NCBI RefSeq assembly: GCF_009914755.1
Contig: NC_060943.1
DNA length: 64,000 bases
Reading direction: 5' to 3' (one strand)
Source of the DNA: the human T2T-CHM13v2.0 reference genome, Homo sapiens
The position numbers and the translations under genes were made by a program. The notes beneath the pieces were generated by a model. It searched no databases. It had not been told where the DNA came from and was given only the letters and a program-made list of their open reading frames with translations. This document shows, one piece after another, positions 30,375 to 43,535 of this stretch. Every line of letters starts with the position of its first letter. Within the stretch, counting starts at the first letter, position 1.

Positions 30375-31070
30375 TGGCCAAGTGTGGTGGCTCACATCTG
30401 TAATCTCAGCACTTTGGGAGGCTGAGGTGGGTGGATCACCTGAGGTCAGGAGTTCGAGACTAGCCTGGCCAACATGGTGTATCTTTTGTATTTTTTTTTT
30501 TTTTTTTGAGACAGAGTCTCGCTCTGTCGCCCAGGCTGGAGTGCAGTGGCGGGATCTTGGCTCACTGCAAGCTCCGCCTCCCGGTATCTTTTGTATTTTT
30601 GTATCTCTACTAAAAATACAAAAATTAGGCCAGGCGCGGTGGCTCACGCCTGTAATCCCAGCACTTTGGAAGGCCGAGGCGGGCGGATCACTAGGTCAGG
30701 AGATCCAGACCATGGTGAAACCCCGTCTGCACTAAAAATACAAAAAAAAATTAGCCAGGCGTGGTGGTGGGTGCCCGTAGTCCCAGCTACTCGGGAGGCT
30801 GAGGCAGGAGAATGGCATCAACCCGGGAGGCGGAGCTTGCAGTAAGCCGAGATCACACCACTGCACTCCAGCCTGGGAGACAGAGCGAGACTCCGTCTCA
30901 AAAACAAAAAAACAAAAATTAGCCTGGCATGGTGGCGTGTGCCTGTGATCCCAGATAGAGGTGGGAGGATGACTTGAGCCCAGGAGTTTGAGGCTGCAGT
31001 GAGCTGTGATCATGCCACCATACTTCAGCCTGGGCGGCTGAGCGAGACCCCGTCTCAAACAAATAAAAAA
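30375..31070. mobile_element. Triple-nested Alu: a host Alu carrying an inverted truncated Alu and a full-length AluY-like copy
   Basis: TSD GTATCTTTTGTATTTTT flanks the inverted fragment (about 30479-30600); AAAATTAG flanks the inner full Alu. Confidence 0.75.
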
Positions 31071-33064
31071 GTTCTGGGAGGCACTTGAACAAAGGCCCAT
31101 GGCATTCGGCTGACAGCCACCTGGTGGCACTGCTGACAACGCAGAGCCCAGATGCAAGACGGACAGGGTGCGGAGCTGTCTCCGTGGGACCTCCCCTTTC
31201 CCCATGGAATTCGTTATTTCAGATTTGGGGGAAGTATGACCGGTGGAACCAGAGAGACCAGAACAGGGCAGAAAAGAGCAGAGAGTGAGGGAGTGGAGAG
31301 GAGAGAAACAAGGGGAGATCAGAGATGGGCTGGGCTCAGCCCAGGGAAATTTGATTCCTGCTGAGGCTCAGACGCCGTCCTCCAACACTGCCTTCCCTCA
31401 CTTGCCCTCCCGTGGGAACCTCTGGCCAGGACCATCTCCATGAGTGCTAGTGCTGGGATTCTCCGTCTGCAAACTCCACAAGTCTAACTACTCTGCTTCT
31501 TAACCGTCTCCTGAATCAGTTCCTCTTTCCTTTGCGTCAAAGAAAATCCACCTAAACCTTGAATAACAGATCAGCTCCAAGTCTGCCCTTCAAGAACTGA
31601 AGTCAACTGACCAACACCTTCCTAAGTGGACCTTAGCCAAGGCAGATGCTCAAGCGGTCCAGGCCAAATGGCCAGACCAGAGTGCCTTGGGAGCATGAGA
31701 CCATGAGTGGGTCAGGGTCTGGGTTATGTTGGGAAAGACTCACCGAGACTCTGTGTGGGAGGAGTGAGGAGACTGTTGCAGTCGCCTGGCGGGAGCTGGC
31801 GGTGGCCTGGGCTTTCCTGTCCTGCTCTCTTACATAACTACCCTGCCTGGGGTATGGCCAACCCCATTGGTAGAAAACAGAGTGGGCCAGGGATGGTGGC
31901 TCGCGCCTGTAATCCCAGTACTCTGGCAGGCCGAGGTGGGTGGATTACCTGAGGTCAGGAGTTCGAGACCAAGCTGACCAACATGGTGAAACCCCCGTCT
32001 CTACTAAAAATATAAAAATTAGCCAGGTGTGGTGGTGTGTGCCTGTAATCCCAGCTACTCGAGAGGCTGAGGCGGAGGTTGCAGTGAGCCGAGATCGCAC
32101 TACTGCACTCCAGCCTGGGTGACAGAGCGAGACTCTGTCTAAAACAAACAGACACACAAAACAAACAAACAAACAAAAACCCAAAGCCATGGAGAGGGTC
32201 TGCTTTCCTTTTTCTTTTTTTTTTTTTGAGACAGAGTCTCACTCTGTCATCCAGTGCAGTGGTATAATCACAGCTCACTGCAGCCTCGACTTTCTGGGCT
32301 CAAATGATTCTCCTGCCCTAGCCTCCCGTTAGCTGGGACTACAGGCATACGCCGCCATGCCCAGCTAATATTCGATTTTTTGTAGAGATGGGGTCTCACT
32401 ATGTTGCCCAGGCTGGTCTCCAACTCCTGGGCTGAAGCCATCCTCCCACCTCTGCCTCCCAAAGTGCCAAGATTACAGGCACGAGCCACCACGTCCAGCG
32501 AGGGTTGCTTTTCTAAGCCAAATCTGTGACATGGAAGAGCTCCTCTCTCCCACCCCTATATGTTCACCTCCACCAAAAGGCCACCTCTCCTCCACAGAAC
32601 CAGGTATCCCCAATAGTAGGGAGGGAGGAAGGGACAGGGATACCTGTGGGTTTTCAACTGTCCTCTCTCTCTCCTCCTTAGGTCACCTGGCATTCTGGTC
32701 CCATTTTCCTCCCTGATGCCTTTCAACCTACAGGCATAACCGACTTGCATTAAGGACCTGTGTGGAGACAAAGGAACAGGGTGTGTGTGGCTGTGTGTCT
32801 GTCAGCTCCTCGGGGGAGAAGCTGTGATGGATCAAGCTGTCTTCCCCAGGCTGTCACTGGAACTTTTACTGCATGTTCAGATGTTTCAATGCCTAAATGT
32901 TCCCGTGTGCTCACTACCCAGGAGGCCGCACCACCCTGCCACAACCCAGTGACATTGGTGGGCATTTAAAGACATAAAAGCTAGGCCGGGCGCAGTGGCT
33001 CACGCCTGCAATCCCAGCACTTTGGGAGGCTGGGGGGGGGGGCGGGGTGTGGGGGGGCGGATCA

Positions 33065-33298
<234 letters not shown>

Positions 33299-34228
33299 CT
33301 AACTCATTTTGTGAATAGGTAGTATGTTCACATTGTTGTAGCTCAAAAGGTACAAAAGGGAATAGTGTGGCCTGTCTTCCCTGAGTCCCACAGCCTCCCA
33401 GCCCTGCTCCCTGGAGACAGGCTGCTGTTGCACATCTTTGCAGAGACTTGCTGTGCGTTTAAACAAAAGCGTGGTTGGCACTATCCCCACCTGCACACAA
33501 AAGGCCGCCTGCTACATGCACTGTTCTCTACTGTTCTTTATGTATCTTAGAAATCGTTTTAAGCAGGCTTATTCTCCTCACCCGGGTAGATGAGGAAACC
33601 GAGGCCCTCAGAGGGGGCGACTTGCCCAGGGTACCAAAATCCTGCCTCTGCCACTTGCTACACAGGATGGCCTCAAGGCAGTAGCTAAATGATTTGTGGA
33701 TTCACTGATTTTCAACCTTCTCTCCTGCTTTCCCCTGAAGTCACCTGACGGCTAATTAGCAGCTACTTTCTCCTTCCCACTCCCCAGGCCCAGAAGCTAC
33801 CAAAGGAGCTCTGGTCGCAGGACCAACAGCAATTTTCCCCACAGGAAAAACGAATCAGCTAAGACAACCATGGAAAAGTTAGGAAACAGCCAGAGAGAGA
33901 TTTTAAGGAAGATTCTAGAACCACCGCTTGCTCTTAATATAAAAGAATAGGACTGGAAGAGATTTGAGGAATACTCTGGTGCCAAGGCTTCTTCCTTTTT
34001 GGCCAATAACTTTTATTTCTTACTCTTGTATTGAAAGTTTTTTCCCCTCTACCTACTGCATTAAAAAAAAATTTTTTTTTTTCTAAGACAAGGTCTCACT
34101 CTGTCTCCCAGGCTGGAGTGCAGTGGTGCAATCACGCTCATAGCCTCAACCTCCCGGGCTCCAGTGGGCCTCCCACCTCAGCCTCCCTAATAGCTGGGAT
34201 TACACATGTGTGCCACCACACCAGCTAA

Positions 34229-34519
<291 letters not shown>

Positions 34520-37500
34520 TAGGAGTTTCTTTTTAGCGTGATGAAAATGTTCTAAAATTGACTGTGGTGATGGCTGCACAACTCTGTCAACGTACTAAAG
34601 CCACTAAGTTGGACACTGATAAATGGATATGGATTATACAGTATCTCAATAAAGCCACTCAACCAACCAACCGACCAACCAACCAACCAGGGGGTGCTGG
34701 GAAGGGGTTGAGAGGCCTCCATGAGGCTGTGGAGGCGGATAGGCGTCAGGCTCAGAGCTGACTTTACCCCGAGGGCAACGGCTCGGGCAGAGTTTCTAAG
34801 GGCAGGCCCATGCCTTCCTTGGGGTGGCCGGTAATGCTGGTTGAGAACAGGCTGGGGAAGAGCCTAGAGCTGAAACGCTCTGGTTGGCGGTGCAGGCACA
34901 GGACATCAAGGCCTGGAGAGGGACTGAGGCATCAGGGCTGAGGGACTCTGAGAGCAGCGGACAGGCGTGTGTGGCGGGGGAGGAACGGCGCACACCTGTG
35001 CCCCATCCGCAGCCCCTCTTCTTGTCAACATCAGCTTCCCCGGGGAGAGGCAGTGATGTTGGTGGGGGAAGGAGGGAAGGGCCCAGGCCGGGCTGTGGTG
35101 GAGACGGTTGCTATGGAGGTTTCTCTGGGAACCAGGTGAAGGCAGCCAGAAGATGGGGGCAGGGTGGCTTTCATTATGAGAACTGGAAGCAAACACAGCC
35201 CCTTCCTGCCTCGGCGGACATCTCCACACCCACATTTCATGGCATTTCTCACGCGCTGGGCTGTTTCCAGGGCTTCACCTGTTCTCACTCACTTAACTTT
35301 CCCCCAGCAATGTGACGAAGCGAAACTATCATGGCTCCCATTTATAAATGAGCAAACTGAGAAAGGGGAGAGGACTTCAGTCACCTGCGTAAAGTCCCAC
35401 AACCAGTAAGGGCTGGCCCAGGTGTCTGGCCCCACAGCTGAGCTCCTAACCGCACCGAGCCTCTCCAAAACATGGTCTTTTTTTGCTCCCCACTGCCACC
35501 ACCATCACCGTCCCCTGCCTCATCCAGTCCCCCTTCCCATTCTCCAGAGACTTCCTGGGCCATCTCCATGACCTTCCAGACCAGCCTGGGCTTCACTCTC
35601 AAATCCAATTCAGGATGATCCGCCCGCCCCAGCTGCAGACGATGGCCTGAGACGCCTGCAGGGAAGAGAGGGGCGTCCGCTGCTCGCCAACCCCCATACG
35701 TTCCTGCTCTGTGGTAGGTCAGGAAGAAGAGGGCAAAGGAGTCTGCATCAAACTGGGCTAAGGCCTGGCGCTCTGATGGCCGCTGACCTCAAAACTCTCC
35801 ATGGGGGGTACCCCTCTGCCCATTGAGGGGGCACCTAGGGAGCCTAGGGGTCCCGTGAGGCCCTCCCACCATGGTTCCCCGCCTCTGCCTCTCCCCGCAG
35901 CTCCGACCATGACCATCCATCCTATGAGTGCTGGCTGGGCTCAAGCCCGGGTACTTTCCTCCGTGCCCAAGCAACCCTGTAGGAACCACATATCCTGGGC
36001 CAGACGAATGCAGGAGCTGCCTCCTCTGGACACAGCGGTGGCTCTCACCTCCCTTCCATCTTGGCAGGATGAGTGCATTTGCTGCGAGAAAGCAGCCCCG
36101 ACGGCAGGGCCCTAGGGCCCCAGGCCAGGCCACCACGACCACGAGGGACCAAGACAACAAGCCCACTCCTGAATCACGCCTCAACACAGACAACATGATG
36201 TCCAAACCACAGAAACGACCAAACACCCCTCCTGACTCAGAGCTGCTGGCTGTTTCTCAACTAACCCCGGCGGCACTAGCTCCCTTTGCTTCTCAGGCTC
36301 TAGGTCAAATAGATGCGAGTCATGGGCTTGCCCCTGACACAGCCCAACTCCTCAAGTTAGCCCAAACGCCTCCTTATTGAGGTGCCCTGCGAGTCCCTGT
36401 GGGGGACAGTCTTCCTGCCGCAATGAGCAATGTGCTCCTGGTGGCCTCTGGCTGGGGGCATGGGGATTAGGAAGAGAGTAATAAGACACCAGCCCCACTT
36501 CCAGCAGGCATCCTGAACCTCAGGAAGGATTCTTTAGGCCTCCTCCTCTGCTCCCCAGAAACACTGTCCTCCCCTCCTTCACATGGGACCGGGCTGTGTC
36601 GGAATGAAGCCCTACTCCGTCTCACTGCTTGTAAAGTCCAGCACAGAGGGGACCAGCCTCAATCCTCGGAGACTCTTGGAATGAGGGCTGGGTTCCTTTT
36701 GCTCTCTGCTGTGGACAGAGAGGATGACAGCTGTGGGGAGGGGAAGTCACAGAGGGCCAGCAGCCTGAGTCCTGTCCACACTGGTGGTTTGCTGGGGTTT
36801 TCCAGGTTTTTCTGAATTACTTGCCTACCTTTAAAACTTGGATCTCACAGAAAAAAAAAAAACTGGATTTCCAGCTTCTCCCGTGAAACCAGCAGCTTTG
36901 CACCACCAGCGCTGCCAGTGTTGCTGCGGCCCCGGTGCCTTTCAGGGGCCCAGGTGCTTCTGGGAGCCACCCCTCCCTCTGGGCCTGACACAGGGCCCAA
37001 GGTGGTCAGCAGTTCACCGGTCCAGGCCTCTTCCCATGTCAACCCCCTGCCCCTCCACACTGCCCCAAGGTAGTTCTATGATTGTGCCCATTTTACTGAT
37101 GAGGTGACCACAGGTCGGGGGGTACAGTATCTTGTCCCAGACCACTAAGCGGTGAGTGATGGCATCCTGGGCTCTAGGACACTGGTGTCAGTTGTTATCA
37201 GTTTGCTGTGTCCCTTTTTTTTTGCATAAGAGCTGTGACTGCTTCTACTGAAGGGACAAGGGCAGGCACAAGGGAGGGAAGGGGCTCTGGAGGACTGTGG
37301 GCCACGTGGCAGCCTGTGCTGTCTCCCAGCCCCCGCGTCATCCTCTCCCCAACTGAGCTGGCCTTGGCCTACCTGCCCTTGTTTGCCAGGACTCCCACCT
37401 TCAACCCCGGCACCCCTGGCCTGCGTGACCCAGTTACCCTCCCTGGCTCCTCTCAGGGACCTCAGTATCACATTCGCTGGCCTCTGTGCTGAGCAACTCA

Positions 37501-39239
37501 TTAGAAAATGTATTGATGCCTACGGAAATAGCAGCACAGGGCGGGGGGTTGTGGGGAACGTTTCTGGGAATGAGGAGGGCCCTGACTTTGCCCTCGAAGC
37601 GTTCGGGGGAGCAGTCACGTAGGCAGACATCTGCACACGGCGGATCTGAAAGCAGAAGCAGGCGTGGCGAGAACAGAGAGAATCACACACAGACCCGGGC
37701 TCTGGCAGCCGCCGGCTTCACTGATGCCATCTCCACAGCGCTCCCACACCAGGCCCCAGAGCAGGAACTACTGCTCACAGGGCATTTCCCTATGCCAGGC
37801 CCCACTCTAGGTATTTCACGCACATTTACACATTTAATCCTCAAAACCACCGTCTGCAATGGACCATCTCATCCCCATTTTACGGAGGGGAAACTGAGTC
37901 ATAGAAAGAGGATGCCACTTGCTGAGGGTCACAGAAGTGGTGGAGTTGGGGTGTGAACCCAGCAGGCTGGCTCTAGGGCCCATGCTCTGACCCACGCTGC
38001 GGAAGGCAGCCGAGGCTCGGCAGATGAGGGCCCTGCCTGCACTCCAGTCTACAACTGAGTGCTGGGCTCAGGACCAGAACCCCGGTCTGTCTGATGCAAA
38101 ACTCGGAGCCTTTTCCATCATGCCAGGAGGCCACCGTGATTGGGAAAGCAGTGAGGAGTTGCGGCAATAGCAGGGCGATGGCACGGTGCAGGTGCAGGCA
38201 GGAATCGATAGCGTCTGGCAACTGTGAGCAGCAGCAGGCCTGAGGTGAGGGTCAGGGCTTGGAGACCTCCCAGAGACTACACCATGGGCCTCGGGGCCCT
38301 GGAAGCTGTGCAGCATGGTGGAGGCTGAGGTCCCATCTAACTGGCACTGTGATTTTCACAACCCCCCTTACCTCTCGGGACCTCAGTCTTGACTCCTGCT
38401 AACAAGCCTCTGTGATCTGAGGCCCCTTCTTGGCACCGAGCCTCAGATTCTCAGGGTCCTGCACGGGTGGCTGATCTCCCTCCCTCTCCACACCACCCCT
38501 ACTCTTGCTGTGCGGGGGTTCTCCCTTATCCAAGGCTCTGCTAACCGGGAGCGGTTGCCAGGTGTGCTGGGGTCCCCAGAGAATCCCCGAACTCCCCGTC
38601 CCCGTCAAACAGCCAGGGCTGATGCAACCTGCCTGCAACCACCGCCTCACTCCCCAAGCCAGGCCCCTCCGCACCGAAAAAGAGTCCCCAGTAGCCCCAC
38701 CCTTGCTTCAAGCCCCAGCTCAGGAGTTGAAGGGGAGCTCGAGGCTGGGGGAGGCCAGGACATGAGTCCTGAAGGGGCCACAGGCCTGGGTCAGGAATGT
38801 GCACACGAGGGGACTCAGGGTTCGAAGATCTGGGGAGAAGGGTCGCAGGCAACCACTGATGACCGGCTATGAACTAGAACAGGCTGGGAGGGGCTGGAGA
38901 GCTAAGGGTGCCAACTGGCACCCACTCACCCTGAGTCCAGCTGCTAAGTCTGGCTGGGCTGAAGTGGGTGGGACCCAATAGCTAGAGAGAAAAGGCGGCA
39001 AAACGGTGGGGAGGGGAAGCAGAGTCCCTGCCCAGACACCTCTGCAGCCAGCATAAACCGCACATAGCCAGCAATGCAATTCTCCTACTGACCAAGCTAT
39101 TAAAAATTACCCACACCGGGCCAGGCGCGGTGGTTCACGCCTGTAATACCAGCACTTTGGGAGGCTGAGGCGGGTGGATCGCCTGAGTTCGGGAGTTCGA
39201 GACCAGCCTGACCAACATGGAGAAACCCCGTCTCTTCTA

Positions 39240-39398
<159 letters not shown>

Positions 39399-40085
39399 TC
39401 AAAAAACCAAAAAAATTAAAAAACAAAACAAAACAAAAAACCCAGGCCGGGCACAGTGGCTCAGGCTTGTAATCCTAACACTTTGGGAGGGTGAGGCAGG
39501 AGGATCGTTTGAGCCCAGGAATCAGGAATTCAAGACCAGCCTGGGCAACATAGTAAGACCCTCCCCCCCATCTCTACTAAAAAAAGCCAAAAAAAAAAAA
39601 AATAGCATCCTACCTGGCCATCCTCTCAATATCCCGCAATCCCAGTCTGAGACAAAACCAAATGGAAGCACATTCCATAAAATACCCAACCAGCATTTTT
39701 CCAAACTGTCAAGGTCATGAAGGACAAGGAAAGTCTAAAACCAGTCACAGGCCAGAGGAGGCTGCGGAGCCATGATGCCTAAATATAACGTGGCATCCTG
39801 AAGGCATCCGGAAGGAGCAGAAAGGGCATTAAGTAACAACTACCAAAATCAGCATCAAGTGTGGTCAGAATCAAGAATGGCATTTGGTCAATGGTAACAT
39901 ACTGATGTTGCCTTGGTTGTGACAAATGTGGCAAAGTAATGTAAAATGTTAATGGAAAAAACCAAGTGAGGGGCATACAGAAATTCTCCGTATTATCTTT
40001 GCAACTTTTCTGTTGAGTCAATCTACAATTATTCCAAAATAAAAAATTTTATTTAAAAAATAACCCCCTTGGGTACGGTGGCTCA

Positions 40086-40780
<695 letters not shown>

Positions 40781-41435
40781 TTACCACTGGCAGTCTGCCC
40801 AACAGTCTACCCTTAATTCCATCTGCTTTTGTTCAAAAATCTATACAGCAATGGAATGAGAACACATCCACCTTAATTACAGCAATAACAATAACCACTT
40901 TTATGCAGCACCTACTGTGTCCCAGGCGTTAGTCTAACTGCTCGACACGGATTAACTCATTTAATCCTTGTAACAGCCCTAAGAAGTAGGTACTTTTTTT
41001 TTTTTTTTGAGACGAGGTCTCACTCTGTCACCCAGGCTGCAGTGTGGTGGCACAATCTCGGCTTACTGCAACCTCCGCCCCACCCCAGGGTTCAAGTGAT
41101 CCTCCTGCCTTAGCCTCATGAGTAGCTGGGACCACAGGTGCAAACCACCACACCCGGCTATTTTTTTGTATTTTTGGTAGAGACAGGGTTTCACCATGTT
41201 GCCCAGGCTGGTCTCGAATTCCTGAGATCAAGCAATCTGCCCACCTCAGCCTCCCAGGGTGGTGGGACTACAGGCATGAGCCACCGTGCCTGGTCCAGAG
41301 GTAGGTATTCTTAATGCCACTTCGTACCACAGGGGAAACTGAGGCACAGGGAAGGGAAATGGCCAGGGTCACACAGCTAGTAAGAGGGGTGCAGTCAAGT
41401 TTTGAACTCATATAATCTGGCTCCAGAGTCTATGC

Positions 41436-41635
41436 CAGGTATGTATAAAATTTGGCTTCCTGGGGCCACATTGAAGAATTGTCTTAGGCCACACATAACA
41501 TACACTATTGATAGCTGATGAACTTAAAAAAAAATCGCAAAAAATTCGCATGTTTTGGTAAGGTTTACAAATTTGTGTTAGGCTGCATTCAAAGCTGTTC
41601 TAGGCCGCATGCAGGCCCACGGGTGGGACAAGCTC
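41436..41635. mobile_element. MER30-like hAT DNA transposon relic
   Basis: TTTGGCTTCC..GGGCCACATTG.AAGAATTGTCTT.GGCCACACATA...GCATTCAAAGC.GT.CT.GGCCGCATGC. Confidence 0.75.
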
Positions 41636-41828
41636 AGTCTATGCTCTTAGCTGCTACTCTGTATACTGCCTCAGTGATAACACAGCCCCTATAGGCCCAA
41701 GAAAATATAGGGCAAGTGCTCAAAAACTGGCAGAGTGGACAGTAAGTGCTCTAAGGGAAGGTGGTCAGATCCCAAGAAGGACTTCCTGCCCGCAACAGGT
41801 AAGGAAGGAGAAAGAAGCTTGTGTGTAC

Positions 41829-41983
41829 CGCTCAGTATCAGGATTCCTCCACCTTCTCTGGACCTTGATTCAGTCTCCTAACTGCCACAGAAGGGATGAA
41901 GGTTGAACTCCAGCTGGGATGTCCTGATGTGGATGGGACAAGGTGGGTTTCTGCAACAGAGAAAAGACGGACATCCACCTCGG
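41829..41983 (-). other. NUP62: Shared 5' UTR exon 2 of NUP62 and long IL4I1, with two acceptors (155-nt or 122-nt exon)
   Basis: Acceptors CCACCAG| (exon start 41983) and TTTTCTCTGTTGCAG| (exon start 41950); donor GCG|GTACAC. Confidence 0.7.
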
Positions 41984-42464
41984 CTGGTGGAGGAGGGCCC
42001 AGTGCATGAGAAGGGGCAAGATGGCTACCCTGTGACTAAACGAAAACGGAGATCTTCCATTTTTGGCAGGGTTGGGAGATAGTTCCTATCCAGTGGAAGC
42101 TGAAGGACGGTTTGAAAGGAAGCCAAGGGCAAGGGATGGAGAAAAGGACGCAGCTGGGGCCTCGATGTCTGAATCCCTGCCAGGGGATGGGGCCTGGGCA
42201 CCCATCATTTGGAATGGAAGATGAGGATAGCTGGAAACAGACACTTTAGAGGGATGAGGGAGACAGAAGAATGACAGCAGGTGTTGGACAGTCCAACGTC
42301 TGCGGCTCTTACAAGTGGTAAGGAAGAAATGAGACTGGGCCCCAGAGTTCCTATTAATAAAATATGCTGAGGCCGGGAGCGATGGCTCACGCCTGTAATC
42401 CCAGCACTTTGGGAGGCCGAGGCGGGCGGATCACGAGGCCAGGAAATTGAGACCATCCTGGCTA

Positions 42465-42771
<307 letters not shown>

Positions 42772-42849
42772 TTACAGATAGGGAAATGAAGTAAGAGAAC
42801 TTAAGTTATTTGCCCGAGGCCATCTTGGCAGGTCTGTATTTGGGAGAGT

Positions 42850-43142
42850 GCTGTGACTCATGCTGGACTCTAACCCACGAGGGTTTCTCAGAGTCAGCAG
42901 CTGGGGGATGAAGAAGTGAAAAGTGACTGGCAGGAAATTCTGCAAGCAAGGAAAGGGAAAGAGAAATGAACTGGTGCAGGTCTGCGGGAAGAGAATGAGG
43001 CTGGATCCTCAAAATCACAGGAGGAAGCAGGCCCAGACCTCAGAGGCAGAAAGAGAAAGAAACCAGAGCTTAGAGTCAGGAGGAGGAAACCAGACCCCGG
43101 AGCCACAAGGAGAGGGCTGGATCCCCGGCTCAGAGGGAAGAG
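42850..43142 (+). other. ATF5: Possible ATF5 alternative first exon (beta 5' UTR); boundaries uncertain
   Basis: ATF5 is known to have two first exons. This is a purine-rich segment with AP-1 TGACTCA at 42854-42860 and a weak candidate donor GAG|GTCGGA. Confidence 0.35.
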
Positions 43143-43339
43143 GTCGGATCCCCAGCTGAGAGGGAGGAGGGTCCCGGACCCTAGGAGTGGGAAGGAAAGG
43201 CTCGGATCCCCTGATCCCCAGGAGGAGGGGACCCGGCTGCCTCCCGGTTGGGGCCGCGCGAGGGCGGGGCGCGGAAGGATCCGGGAGGGCCGTGCTCCGC
43301 CACCCAGTATATATCTGTCCCCAGTCCCGGGGCCGCCTC

Positions 43340-43535
43340 ATTCCCTGTCCTCGGATCACAGTCTCTTCTCACTACAGTGTCGCCGCCTCTGCCTGCGTAG
43401 CCCCGGCCATGGCTCTGTAGCCTCGACCCCTTTGTGCCCCCGGCCCGTCTCCGCGCTCACCACGCCTGCGCTCTCCGCTCCCACCTTCTTTCTTCAGCCG
43501 AGGCCGCCGCCGCCTCTCCTTGCTGCAGCCATGGA
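43340..43535 (+). other. ATF5: ATF5 exon 1 (alpha 5' UTR)
   Basis: TATA at about -30, Inr, and GA|GTGAGT donor at 43536; contains both uORF start codons. Confidence 0.85.
43409..43420 (+). promoter_or_regulatory. ATF5: ATF5 uORF1 (ATG GCT CTG TAG, 3 aa)
   Basis: Strong Kozak context GCCATGG; ATF4-type re-initiation uORF. Confidence 0.9.
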
